Origin: an uncultured Pseudomonadales bacterium
GTDB lineage: Bacteria; Patescibacteriota; Microgenomatia; UBA1400; PJMF01
Direction of reading: 5' to 3'
Length of the DNA: 57,944 nt
NCBI GenBank assembly: GCA_964648715.1
Contig: CAZYNM010000008.1
Location: 1 to 57,944 of the forward strand
Shown in pieces: positions 1-9,101 of this stretch. Both the position numbers and the translations under genes were made by a program. Within the stretch, counting starts at the first letter, position 1. Each line of letters starts with the position of its first letter. Below the pieces are notes generated by a model. It saw only the letters and a list, made by a program, of their open reading frames with translations. It searched no databases and had not been told where the DNA came from.

Positions 1-813
1 GACGCACTGATGTATATTGGGCCAGGCTCGATGCATTTTAAGTTGGAGAATGGTTTTCCCATGATCACTGAGCGCACCATGGCCCCCAAAGAAAGCGAGC
101 GGCTACCTGTTACTATTTGGCGACAGGCAATCGCGGAAATTATTGGTTTTATCAATGGGGCACGCACGCTCAAGCAGCTAGAAAGTTTTGGCTGTTCCTG
201 GTGGGCTCCTTGGGGAACTGAAGAAAAGTGTGTCAAACGTGGCCTACAGACTGGTGACCTCGGGCCTGGGTCATATGGGGCAGCTTTCCATGATTTCCCT
301 ACCAGTGAAGGGGAGTCATACAACCAGTTCCAGACCATTGTCCAGCAAATCAAAGAAGAGCCGCAGCTACGTACTCATTTCATTACACCGTGGGTGCCAC
401 AATACACAGCTCGGGTAAAAGGTAGAACCCAAAAAGTAGTTGTGTGTCCATGTCATGGGTGGGTACACTTGCGCGTAGTGGGAAACAAGTTGACATTGCA
501 TATGATGCAGCGTTCTGGTGACGTTCCGGTGGGTGTGCCATCAAATATGGTTCAGTATGCAGCGCTCCTTATGATGATTGCCCAAGCGACTGGACTTGAA
601 CCCTATGAATATATACACACGATTTCTGATGCACATATTTATGTTGATCAACTTGATGCTGTCAAACAAATGCTGGAGCGAGAGCCGCGCGCATTTCCTA
701 GCATGCAGCTTACCAGTAAGACTACTGATCTTTTTGCTTTCCGTCATACCGATTTTATGTTGAGCGACTATACACCGCATCCTGGTATCAAGAATATCCC
801 AGTGGCTATTTAA
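1..813 (+). CDS. thyA: Thymidylate synthase (5' truncated by window edge)
   Basis: Catalytic CPCHG, QRSGD..GVPSN, HTISDAHIY; frame is open from base 1. Confidence 0.95.
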   Translation, partial: DALMYIGPGSMHFKLENGFPMITERTMAPKESERLPVTIWRQAIAEIIGFINGARTLKQLESFGCSWWAPWGTEEKCVKRGLQTGDLGPGSYGAAFHDFPTSEGESYNQFQTIVQQIKEEPQLRTHFITPWVPQYTARVKGRTQKVVVCPCHGWVHLRVVGNKLTLHMMQRSGDVPVGVPSNMVQYAALLMMIAQATGLEPYEYIHTISDAHIYVDQLDAVKQMLEREPRAFPSMQLTSKTTDLFAFRHTDFMLSDYTPHPGIKNIPVAI

Positions 814-816
814 CGT

Positions 817-1290
817 ATGTCAGATACTCCGGCTCTCAAGTTAGTTGATATTGATAATGCTCGAATTGACGAGCAGCGACAAGTGATGCAAGAAATAGTG
901 GCGCAGGGACATTGTCCCTTTTGCCCCGAAAATATTGCGCTCTATCACAAGCAGCCTCTGCTTAAAGAAGGCACGTTTTGGTTCATTACTGCCAATCAGT
1001 GGCCATATGAACATACCCAACTTCATTTGCTCATCATTTATCGCCAACATGCAGTATCGTTGCAAGACCTGGATCCTGCAGCAGGTGCTGAGCTCATAGA
1101 ACAGATTCAGTGGATTGAACGCACCTATACTGTCCCTGGTGGAGGTGTAGCTTTGCGCTTTGGTGATAGCAGCTATTCTGCAGGCACAGTTGCCCATCTG
1201 CATGTACAGTTTGTGGTGCCCAATCTTGCTGACCCACAGTATCAGCCTGTTCGCATTAAAATTGGAAAAGCTCCTGCAGCGAAGTGCTAA
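817..1290 (+). CDS. HIT/GalT-superfamily nucleotide-binding protein
   Basis: N-terminal CPFC and HLHVQ (HxHxQ) motif. Confidence 0.75.
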   Translation: MSDTPALKLVDIDNARIDEQRQVMQEIVAQGHCPFCPENIALYHKQPLLKEGTFWFITANQWPYEHTQLHLLIIYRQHAVSLQDLDPAAGAELIEQIQWIERTYTVPGGGVALRFGDSSYSAGTVAHLHVQFVVPNLADPQYQPVRIKIGKAPAAKC

Positions 1291-2123
1291 GGAAGAGTCC
1301 AATGATGCAGCTGCACCCCAGCAGTCTTCAATATTCGCTCGCCATCTAAGACGGCATAGCCCTTGTGGTAGAAGAGGTTGGCAATACCTGCTTGTGCAAT
1401 CAACTTAGCACAGGGTGGGCAGGGAAAGTCGGTCACGTAAAGATCTGCACCTTCCAGTGAGATCCCCGTGCGCGCTGCGCGTGCTATGAGTAATGCTTCA
1501 GCATGAATTGCTGTAGTGAGCTCAATGTGATCACCTTGGTGAAAGTGTGCTCGTGGGTCACCCTCACTATATGGCTGTTGTTCATGAGGAAGATGTGTGT
1601 TGTGTGCTTTTAAAAGTAGCTCAGTAGCACGAACTGCTACTGCGCCTACCTGCCTCCACCAATCACTACTCAGAGCACCTTCACAGTATGCCTCGTGCAT
1701 CCATGGGTAAGCCGAAGGGTCAAGTGTAGTCTGTTTTGCATGGGGTGTGTATAGAGCTGTGGCAGATGCTCTGTCCCAGCGTAAAAAAATGCTGGTAGGC
1801 ACAATTTTCGCAAGTGGGAAGACGTCACTAGCCAATCGCTGAGTTACTTCTTCTGCGGGAATGTATATGGTATGAGTAGGCGTATTGAGTTCACTTAATG
1901 TTTCTTCAGTGGCATGGCAAACAAATGGGAAGAGCTGCCAACTCTCTATGGCTCGTTGTATGTGAAGGCTATCTAGCGCCCTGACTTCTTTTTGAACGGG
2001 TGTGTAACGAGCAGCAAGCTCTGGTGGGACTAGGTACAAACGGGACAGCTGGGGGTATTGGGTAAAGAAACGATAGTATCCCTCGTGGAGTACTGGAACA
2101 TAGGCCACGATACAGTGTGTCAC
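1287..2123 (-). CDS. dCMP deaminase with N-terminal extension
   Basis: HAE...FPCPPCAK zinc deaminase motifs in C-terminal half. Confidence 0.85.
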   Translation of the reverse strand: MTHCIVAYVPVLHEGYYRFFTQYPQLSRLYLVPPELAARYTPVQKEVRALDSLHIQRAIESWQLFPFVCHATEETLSELNTPTHTIYIPAEEVTQRLASDVFPLAKIVPTSIFLRWDRASATALYTPHAKQTTLDPSAYPWMHEAYCEGALSSDWWRQVGAVAVRATELLLKAHNTHLPHEQQPYSEGDPRAHFHQGDHIELTTAIHAEALLIARAARTGISLEGADLYVTDFPCPPCAKLIAQAGIANLFYHKGYAVLDGERILKTAGVQLHHWTLP

Positions 2124-2674
2124 TTCAGTTCCTCCAGTGCATCTTCAATTGCTTTGATAAGCTTGGTGGACAGAGCAGCACTCATTTTTTTTGCAGCGCC
2201 TATTTGTACCCGCCGTATTTTAGCACTTGTAGAGGTAGTGGCTTGTGGTTCCAAAACAACTACTGAGCCACACAATATGTGTAGTTCCTTGAGCTCTTCG
2301 GGTGAATATGTCTCTTGGGTGGCAATAAGGATATCTGGGTGTATCAGCTTGATAAGTTCCCATTTGGGTGTGGAAAGTGGCTTTAAAACCACATGATCAA
2401 CAGATGAGAGATAGGAAAGCATCTCAATACGTTCTTCTTCTGGAACTACTGGTCGCTCAGGGCCTTTGCGTGCTCGTATTTTTTCGTCGCTATCCACTCC
2501 CACAATCAACACATCACCTCGGCTTCTCGCTTCGCGCAAGTAGCGACCATGCCCAATATGGAGCATGTCAAAACTACCTTGGGTAAGGACAATTTTCTTG
2601 CCAGCTTTTCTATACTTTTCTACAAGAGCAGGAATAGCGCTATATGAGCTGATAATCGTATCTTTTGAAGACAT
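2120..2674 (-). CDS. Cytidylyltransferase-family (RfaE-II/TagD-like) nucleotidyltransferase
   Basis: GSFDMLHIGH, GVDSD, RKGPERP, STS motifs. Confidence 0.88.
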   Translation of the reverse strand: MSSKDTIISSYSAIPALVEKYRKAGKKIVLTQGSFDMLHIGHGRYLREARSRGDVLIVGVDSDEKIRARKGPERPVVPEEERIEMLSYLSSVDHVVLKPLSTPKWELIKLIHPDILIATQETYSPEELKELHILCGSVVVLEPQATTSTSAKIRRVQIGAAKKMSAALSTKLIKAIEDALEELK

Positions 2675-2686
2675 AGGTACTATTCT

Positions 2687-3484
2687 TTATACATCTTTTT
2701 TTGACTCAAACAAAGTACGAAGTTGAGGTAGTTGTTCATGGTCAGTAAACTCAACTCGACAAGGTGTGATGCAAATATGTCCAGCTTCTAGTGCACTAAT
2801 ATCATGATCGCTGCCCCGAATTGGAGTCCGTACATCTTCGTAGGCAAAGCGCTGGGTAGTGTGGTTAACCACAACACTATTATAGTAGTAATCTGGTTGT
2901 CCAGCTTTTTTAACAACAACGGTGTTGGTGGGTTGTAGGGGGAAGTTAACATTCCAGAATGTCTCTTTGGGAAACGAGTACCTGAGTGCTTGGTCAATAA
3001 TGTTCTTGAGCATAACTCCTGGGTAGTCCAACAGTGACTCATCAAATGAGCCATCGTGTTCTTTGAAAATCACGTCGTCTTGAGCATCAAATGATACTGC
3101 AATGCCGGGAGTATCTCTCCACTGGGTTGCGGTGACCACAGCAGATACAGTGCCAGAGCGATGAATCATGTTCCCTACATTGGAACCCATGTTCATTCCG
3201 CTGATTACCAAGTCCGGTTTGCGAGGCAGATGCGAAAAAGCAAAATAGACAGCGTCGCTTGGCGTGCCATCTACCCATACCGCCTCTGTACCATCTACCA
3301 ATTCGGTTCCCCAGTTCCCTCCATGCCAGGTGATGCGAGAGCCAGTTGCCGATTGTTGATGTTTGGTTGCTACAATGGCGAAATCGGCATAGGACTCGAC
3401 AAGTCGCTTTACCAAAATGATTCCTGGTGCTCGCACAGAATCATCACCAGTAAGAAGAAGGAAAGGACGTTTGGTATCTGGCAT
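2687..3484 (-). CDS. surE: SurE 5'/3'-nucleotidase
   Basis: LLTGDD, QSATG, GTPSD, SGMNMGSN, SGTV; start moved to ATG at 3484. Confidence 0.9.
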   Translation of the reverse strand: MPDTKRPFLLLTGDDSVRAPGIILVKRLVESYADFAIVATKHQQSATGSRITWHGGNWGTELVDGTEAVWVDGTPSDAVYFAFSHLPRKPDLVISGMNMGSNVGNMIHRSGTVSAVVTATQWRDTPGIAVSFDAQDDVIFKEHDGSFDESLLDYPGVMLKNIIDQALRYSFPKETFWNVNFPLQPTNTVVVKKAGQPDYYYNSVVVNHTTQRFAYEDVRTPIRGSDHDISALEAGHICITPCRVEFTDHEQLPQLRTLFESKKDV

Positions 3485-3540
3485 AGGAGTTGTAGTGTAG
3501 CGTAACTTCTGTATGATATAAAGTGGAGGAGCACGGATAC

Positions 3541-3810
3541 ATGACAATAGATCCAGATACAATAACGCAAGACAAAACGATCTATGGAGTAAGCTATTCC
3601 CAGATCTTTTGGCGCAACTTCGTGGCCGGTGTAGCTCGTGCTCTTGGCGGACTCATTTTTCAGATTTTGTTTCTTGTCATTGTCGCGAATCTTTTTATGG
3701 TCTATGCGTGGCCGTATGTGCAACCAGTGCTGAGCACACTTACTACTGTTTCAGAATCCTTGCAATCACTCCAACAGCAAACACAAAAACCATTGTTTGA
3801 ATGGAAGTAA
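3541..3810 (+). CDS. Small membrane protein (DUF5665-like)
   Basis: FWRNFVAGVARALG followed by a TM helix; GGAGGA upstream. Confidence 0.6.
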   Translation: MTIDPDTITQDKTIYGVSYSQIFWRNFVAGVARALGGLIFQILFLVIVANLFMVYAWPYVQPVLSTLTTVSESLQSLQQQTQKPLFEWK

Positions 3811-3818
3811 GGGACTTA

Positions 3819-4349
3819 ATGCATATTTATCTTTTGGCAGCTCAAAGTATTGATGGGTACATAGCACAAGACCCCACTGTGCCGTCTACAAGTTGGACTA
3901 GTAGTGAAGATGCACAATTTTTTAGTGAGAAAACGAAAGAAATTGGTACGTTGGTGATGGGCAGAAGAACCTTTGAAACAATTGGTAGAGCACTGCCACA
4001 CCGCACTATCATCGTACTTTCTGCACAATCAAAACCATCACAATATGCCCATATTCCAGATTCTGCAGTAACGTATATTGCTGCAAGCCCGCAGCAGCTT
4101 ATTTCACTTTTAGACAAAAGAGGAGTGCAGTCGTTTGCTGTCTGTGGAGGCACGCAAGTTTATTCCCAGTTTTTGCAGGCTGACTTAGTTGACACGGCCT
4201 TCATTACCACAGAGCCGGTTTTGTTTGGCTATGGCAATAAACTCTGGGATGTTCATGCTACTGCACCTATGAAGTTTTGCTGCACAGAACAAAAAACATT
4301 AAATGATGCAGGCACCATGCTGTGTACGTACGAAAGAACCAGGACGTGA
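3819..4349 (+). CDS. Dihydrofolate reductase family protein
   Basis: AAQSIDGYIA, MGRRTFE, GGTQVY; lies in the thyA/dut block. Confidence 0.85.
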   Translation: MHIYLLAAQSIDGYIAQDPTVPSTSWTSSEDAQFFSEKTKEIGTLVMGRRTFETIGRALPHRTIIVLSAQSKPSQYAHIPDSAVTYIAASPQQLISLLDKRGVQSFAVCGGTQVYSQFLQADLVDTAFITTEPVLFGYGNKLWDVHATAPMKFCCTEQKTLNDAGTMLCTYERTRT

Positions 4350-4780
4350 ACGTAGCTATTAAGCGGTTTGACACCACCTTACCACTGCCGGAATACAAGT
4401 CGTCTGGTGCAGCTGCACTTGATCTTTACTCTCGAGTTACTACCATCATAGCAGCGAGGCAAGTTGGGTATGTGCCCCTCAATATAGCTCTAGAGTTACC
4501 ACCAGATGCCTGGGTACTGTTGGCAGCTCGAAGCAGTTTGCACAAAAAAAACCTGATGATGGCCAATGGTATAGGAGTGGGTGATTCCGACTACTGTGGT
4601 GACAGTGATGAGTATCGGGCAGCACTTTACAACTTCTCTGATGAGCCTGTTACTATAGAGCGTGGTGAACGCATCGTGCAGTTGCTTATACTCACAAGAC
4701 AGAAGATTACTTTGACGGAAAAGACACGTTTTACTGGTCCAGATAGAGGTGGTTTTGGAACGACCGGGACCCACAGTTAA
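4346..4780 (+). CDS. dut: dUTPase
   Basis: AALDL, RSS, GVGDSDY, RIVQ, RGGFGTTG; GTG start overlaps the DHFR stop. Confidence 0.95.
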   Translation: MNVAIKRFDTTLPLPEYKSSGAAALDLYSRVTTIIAARQVGYVPLNIALELPPDAWVLLAARSSLHKKNLMMANGIGVGDSDYCGDSDEYRAALYNFSDEPVTIERGERIVQLLILTRQKITLTEKTRFTGPDRGGFGTTGTHS

Positions 4781-4846
4781 ATACTTCATGTTGTATTTTC
4801 AATACTTGCATTACTACAACATATTGTGGTTAGCTTATGCTTTGAT

Positions 4847-5851
4847 ATGGCACAAGCACTTAACGCAGAAGTTATACGAGCAAGACTACATGACACCTTC
4901 ACTCGCGCACGAGAGCTGACTGCGCAGCACCAGGTGCATCCTGAATATCGTTCACCTTTTGGCACGCGTCTTCCAGAAGCAGTTGTCTTTACTTCAAACA
5001 GCATGCGCAAGGCAGTCTTGCTGTATTGGGAGCTTGTGTGTCAATATGATCTCTCTTCATGGCCAGCTTTTGCTGCGCACATTCCCTATATTCCAGAGGA
5101 AATCACCACTGCATTATCCGTACACAGGTATTTTGAAGAACATATCCATAACGGTGATGGTACCGTGCGTGAGCCGTTTGTGATTGGATGCTTACCCGAT
5201 GGCGTTCCCGTTATACTCTGCCCAACAGATGGTGAGACACATGCCAACGAGGATCCCGTCTTGGAAGCTCAAAACAAAATAGATCATGCGCGTGAGCATT
5301 TTATAGGAAGAGATGTGGTCCTTATTAGCTCGGATGCTGTACAACATATTCGCACCGCAGGGCACGAGAAGCTAGGAAAGCCAGAAAACTCCCGCATGTA
5401 CAAAGAGATGCTTGAGAAAGGTAGGTATCTTGGGATAGATGCTGAACAAGTGCAAGAGAGTTTTAGAGAGTTATACAAGAAAAGATATTATGAAGTCAGT
5501 GATGGGGAGCCACTCATAGATACCCACATTACTGGCGTTGTGGCCGAGCGGGGCACAAAGCGTGTTACTCGTGAGTTCTCGCTGAGTGTTGAAATCCAGG
5601 ATTGGATGTTGGCACAGGTAGAAATCTGCATGGATATGGGTGGTGGCGGAGTATTTCAGCAGTTCATAGACCTCTTGGCGCAGGAAAACCCACATGCCTG
5701 GTTAGACCTGGAACCGACAGAAATGAAAAGCCACTTAGAGTCACATAGTCCAGAGCTCTGGCCGTATGTGATCATCTTCCAAATTATGGGAATGCCTGCC
5801 ATGATACATGCAGTGTTTGCAGAATTGAACAGAGAAGAAGAGGAGCCGTGA
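4847..5851 (+). CDS. Divergent Maf-like (ITPase-fold) nucleotide pyrophosphatase
   Basis: Ordered Maf-like motifs TSNSMRK, AQNK, ISSDAV..KLGKPEN, MDMGGG, IMGMP. Confidence 0.6.
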   Translation: MAQALNAEVIRARLHDTFTRARELTAQHQVHPEYRSPFGTRLPEAVVFTSNSMRKAVLLYWELVCQYDLSSWPAFAAHIPYIPEEITTALSVHRYFEEHIHNGDGTVREPFVIGCLPDGVPVILCPTDGETHANEDPVLEAQNKIDHAREHFIGRDVVLISSDAVQHIRTAGHEKLGKPENSRMYKEMLEKGRYLGIDAEQVQESFRELYKKRYYEVSDGEPLIDTHITGVVAERGTKRVTREFSLSVEIQDWMLAQVEICMDMGGGGVFQQFIDLLAQENPHAWLDLEPTEMKSHLESHSPELWPYVIIFQIMGMPAMIHAVFAELNREEEEP

Positions 5852-5852
5852 T

Positions 5853-6482
5853 ATGCCGCAATTAAAGGGTACACTCATTACATTTGAAGGGGGAGAAGGC
5901 GGAGGAAAAACGACGCAAATAGTGCGTTTACGTGACAGACTGCTTAAGACAGGAAAAGATGTCGTAGTACTACGTGAACCAGGCGGAACCACGATTAGTG
6001 AGCAAATTAGAGAAGTAGTTCTTTCTGCCAAAAATGTTGGAATTGCCTACACTACTGAAGTTCTTCTCTTCCAGGCTGCACGTGCGCAAATTTATCGTGA
6101 AATTGTCCTACCTTCGTTGGCAGCGGGTAAAGTAGTGCTTATGGATAGGTCGCGAGATAGTAGTGTGGTGTATCAAGGTATGGTGCGAGGTTTCGGGAAA
6201 GATATGATTGAGAGTCTCAATGAGATATCGACCAAGAACACGTATCCAGATACAACTATTCTCCTTGATGTTCTAGTTAAAACTGGTTTGCAAAGAGTGA
6301 ACGAAGCAGGCACTGCTAATCGACTGGAGATGGAAGGCACTAGTTTTCATGACAAGGTCCGTGCAGCATATCTGGAGCTAGCCAAAGAAGATACACGAAA
6401 GCGGTGGCATGTGGTTGACGCAAACGCTCCAATTGAGGTAGTTGAGGAAGCAGTCTGGAAGATCATTTCAGAAGTACTATAG
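5853..6482 (+). CDS. tmk: Thymidylate kinase
   Basis: FEGGEGGGKTTQ, REPGGT, DR..SS..YQG, RLE. Confidence 0.96.
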   Translation: MPQLKGTLITFEGGEGGGKTTQIVRLRDRLLKTGKDVVVLREPGGTTISEQIREVVLSAKNVGIAYTTEVLLFQAARAQIYREIVLPSLAAGKVVLMDRSRDSSVVYQGMVRGFGKDMIESLNEISTKNTYPDTTILLDVLVKTGLQRVNEAGTANRLEMEGTSFHDKVRAAYLELAKEDTRKRWHVVDANAPIEVVEEAVWKIISEVL

Positions 6483-6549
6483 TTATAGTGCCTAAAAAAT
6501 ACACACCCACTATACATTTCTGAATGAGTGTGATATACTGCTAATCTTG

Positions 6550-7749
6550 ATGCACATACATCAAGAAAAACAAACATCCCCAATTTTACCTCCAAACGAG
6601 GTAGCACTCTTTTCTTATCTTCTGAGCGTATGGACGCGAGAGACAACGTGGAGTACGCAGATTCCTCAAGAAGAGATGCTTCCTGAGGATACTTCATTTA
6701 CTCCAGAGTCACTCTTTGGCTCGCTATATGCAGAGCATCCTGAGTCATGTGAAAGAATTCTACAGCGTGCAGATTGGGCAGCAGAAAGATTGCGTGCCCA
6801 AATACAGGAGACAGCACTGGTAGATGCCACAAAAGAACTAACATTCTCAGATGCGGTGAAAGGTTTTCACTGGATTATTAACTGTATTCCTCAAGTTCCC
6901 GATGCCTCTGGAGCATGCTGGAAGTATGAAGCATTCGATACAAAACGCTTTACTCAAGATGAACAGTACGCCAAGATTTTTTCCAACTTTATTACCCACA
7001 GCTGGGTGGCAGGTATGGTGGGGTACACCTTAGCAACGAAACTGAATGAACAAAATGGTCGCAAACTTATTGATGAGAATCAGGTGCTGTGGGACCTCTT
7101 TACTCATGAAGCTGGTCGAGCAATTACACATAATCGAAAAGCGCACGATAAATTGCTGCCCTATATTTTTTACAAAGCTGGCGTCTTGCCAAAATACTGG
7201 CCCGTAGAAGGACAGATCCATCCCCGTGTCTTGCCTGTAAGTACCCACCACGAGCTTGCGCTTCCTCAACAACAGCTCCAACAAATCATTGAGTGGGTAG
7301 CCGACATGTATTGCAAGTCTGATGATGAAAATGCACCGTACGACACACCAAACGGCAAGCCTCAATTGCGTAAAGCAGATAGTGGTTTACAGTACATGTT
7401 ATTTTCCATGCTTGGCTATGATAGTGTTCCAGAAAACAGATTAGAACAGCAAAAGCTATGGTTGTCCATCTTAAGTAAAAATGGTGCTGCACTGTACTAC
7501 TTGCTTGAGCAGCAACTCATTAGTGAAGTGCCGCATTGGTTTGATCGTATGGGGGTTTCCATTCAAGAGACATTGGATCAATGGCAGCCTTTGTGGCAAT
7601 CGCTACTCCATTCGTTGGTCACTACACAACGCTTCCCTCAATGGTTAAGTAAAGAAGATGTCCATTTTGCTCCAGAATCAGAACTATATGAAGACCAACC
7701 TTGGGTGGAAATTCTACGAAACCTACCTCAGGTTCGCCGACATACCTAA
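6550..7749 (+). CDS. Hypothetical protein with divergent HD-like domain
   Basis: THSWVA...THEAGR...HD...HHE...ADM pattern. Confidence 0.45.
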   Translation: MHIHQEKQTSPILPPNEVALFSYLLSVWTRETTWSTQIPQEEMLPEDTSFTPESLFGSLYAEHPESCERILQRADWAAERLRAQIQETALVDATKELTFSDAVKGFHWIINCIPQVPDASGACWKYEAFDTKRFTQDEQYAKIFSNFITHSWVAGMVGYTLATKLNEQNGRKLIDENQVLWDLFTHEAGRAITHNRKAHDKLLPYIFYKAGVLPKYWPVEGQIHPRVLPVSTHHELALPQQQLQQIIEWVADMYCKSDDENAPYDTPNGKPQLRKADSGLQYMLFSMLGYDSVPENRLEQQKLWLSILSKNGAALYYLLEQQLISEVPHWFDRMGVSIQETLDQWQPLWQSLLHSLVTTQRFPQWLSKEDVHFAPESELYEDQPWVEILRNLPQVRRHT

Positions 7750-7796
7750 TTCCCATCTTGTGTTCACTGGTCACCTGCGTGTAGGCTAGCCACTGT

Positions 7797-8411
7797 ATGA
7801 TGAAGTTACCACGCGCTCTCAGAGAACTTACTGAGACCTTTGAGCGTTTACCAGGAGTTGGACCAAAATCTGCACAACGACTTGTGTTTCATTTATTGCA
7901 CTACCCAGCCCCAAGAATTGAAGAATTTGCGCAGCGCCTTCGCGCTCTTAAAACAGGAGTAGTGTTGTGTTCACAGTGTCACAATGTGAGCGAAAATGAT
8001 CCTTGTGATCTATGTACTGATCATGGACGAGATGTTCGTCAGTTGTGTATTGTGGAACAACCGCTCGATGTGCTGGCTTTGGAGAAAGCAAGCATCTACA
8101 CCGGGAAATACCACGTTCTGCACGGAGCCATTGCCCCGCTCAATAATATTGGTCCAAACGAATTGTTTCTGCATGACATAGCAGACCGATTGAGTGGAGT
8201 GGAAGAGATCATTTTGGCTACTAATCCAACTATGGAAGGTGAGGCAACTGCCTTGTATATACGAGAGTTTCTCAAACAGCGGGCTGCAGGTCAAAGTACG
8301 CTGCCAAGTTTTACCCGCATAGGGCATGGATTACCTGTAGGAGCAGACATTGAGTATGCTGACGGGATTACGCTCAAGCGTGCGCTTGAAGGTCGACGTC
8401 AACTTAACTAA
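7797..8411 (+). CDS. recR: Recombination mediator RecR
   Basis: LPGVGPKSAQR, C4 zinc finger, ATNPTMEGEATA. Confidence 0.97.
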   Translation: MMKLPRALRELTETFERLPGVGPKSAQRLVFHLLHYPAPRIEEFAQRLRALKTGVVLCSQCHNVSENDPCDLCTDHGRDVRQLCIVEQPLDVLALEKASIYTGKYHVLHGAIAPLNNIGPNELFLHDIADRLSGVEEIILATNPTMEGEATALYIREFLKQRAAGQSTLPSFTRIGHGLPVGADIEYADGITLKRALEGRRQLN

Positions 8412-8985
8412 TTTTTTTACCTTCAAGGATGGCGCGAAGTTTTGCGAGCGTCCGAAAATAAAAAGACTTGATGGCAGATTCAGATCTATTGAGCTCCTGA
8501 CCAATCTCAAGATTACTAAGCCCGATTTCCAATTTGTAGTATAGAAGTGCTTGCTCGTCAGTAGTAAGTTGGGTTACTGCAGCAGTGAGTACAGCGCTCT
8601 CTTCAAGGGCCAGAACAAAACCAAGCGGAGTGAGTGCCGTGTCTGGGAGATCAATACTTGTTGGATCATCAGACGATCCCCCTCCCGCATCAAGAGAAGT
8701 GAATCTCCTATATTTATGATAACGGTAAGTGTTGTATACCACTGAACGTATTACCGTATAGGCGTAATTTTTAAACCCTTGATCTGAAGGCTCATGGTCG
8801 TAGCCATGTGCTTGCAATGCACGTTTAACTGATGTTTGATAGACATCTTCTGCGGAGGTATCGGGAAAATCAAAAGGCATGAGTTTGCGAATGAAAAGCA
8901 TGAACTCTTGTTGATGTTGGATAAATATGCTGGCCATTCGCTCTTTGGGGAGCATGGTAGAGGGTAGATCCTTTGTCATCAGCAT
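8404..8985 (-). CDS. ECF-type sigma-70 factor
   Basis: Region 2 (AEDVYQ..F..Y.Y.V.R) and region 4 (GLSNLEIGQELNRSESAIKS). Confidence 0.85.
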   Translation of the reverse strand: MLMTKDLPSTMLPKERMASIFIQHQQEFMLFIRKLMPFDFPDTSAEDVYQTSVKRALQAHGYDHEPSDQGFKNYAYTVIRSVVYNTYRYHKYRRFTSLDAGGGSSDDPTSIDLPDTALTPLGFVLALEESAVLTAAVTQLTTDEQALLYYKLEIGLSNLEIGQELNRSESAIKSFYFRTLAKLRAILEGKKIS

Positions 8986-8993
8986 ATACAGGC

Positions 8994-9021
8994 TTGCTTT
9001 TCACACTAACGGGCGTATTAT
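8994..9021 (+). promoter_or_regulatory. Putative sigma70 promoter for hpf leader
   Basis: TTGCTT-16 nt-TATTAT. Confidence 0.45.
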
Positions 9022-9029
9022 AAGGCTTA

Positions 9030-9062
9030 ATGAAGAAAGTACACACCTCAGTTTGCTTGTGA
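9030..9062 (+). CDS. Putative leader peptide MKKVHTSVCL
   Basis: Short ORF just after the -10 box, overlapping the left arm of a terminator-like hairpin. Confidence 0.4.
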   Translation: MKKVHTSVCL

Positions 9063-9082
9063 GAGCAGGAGGTGTTTTTTTT
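9043..9082 (+). terminator. Intrinsic terminator-like hairpin upstream of hpf
   Basis: ACACCTC/GAGGTGT stem, inner TGCTT-GTGA-GAGCA stem, then a T run. Confidence 0.65.
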
Positions 9083-9101
9083 GTCCGGAAGGAGGCATCA
9101 C

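Noticed and set aside
1-813. dCMP hydroxymethylase / DNA hypermodification enzyme
   Set aside because: It keeps the dUMP-specifying Asn (GVPSN), consistent with ordinary ThyA
9083-9099. GTCCGGAAGGAGGCA resembles SRP RNA helix 8
   Set aside because: The upstream CAGG strand is missing (it is a T run) and the match is explained by the hpf SD
8986-9101. raiA-motif ncRNA upstream of hpf/raiA
   Set aside because: The 116-nt gap is too short for that large RNA and must also hold two promoters
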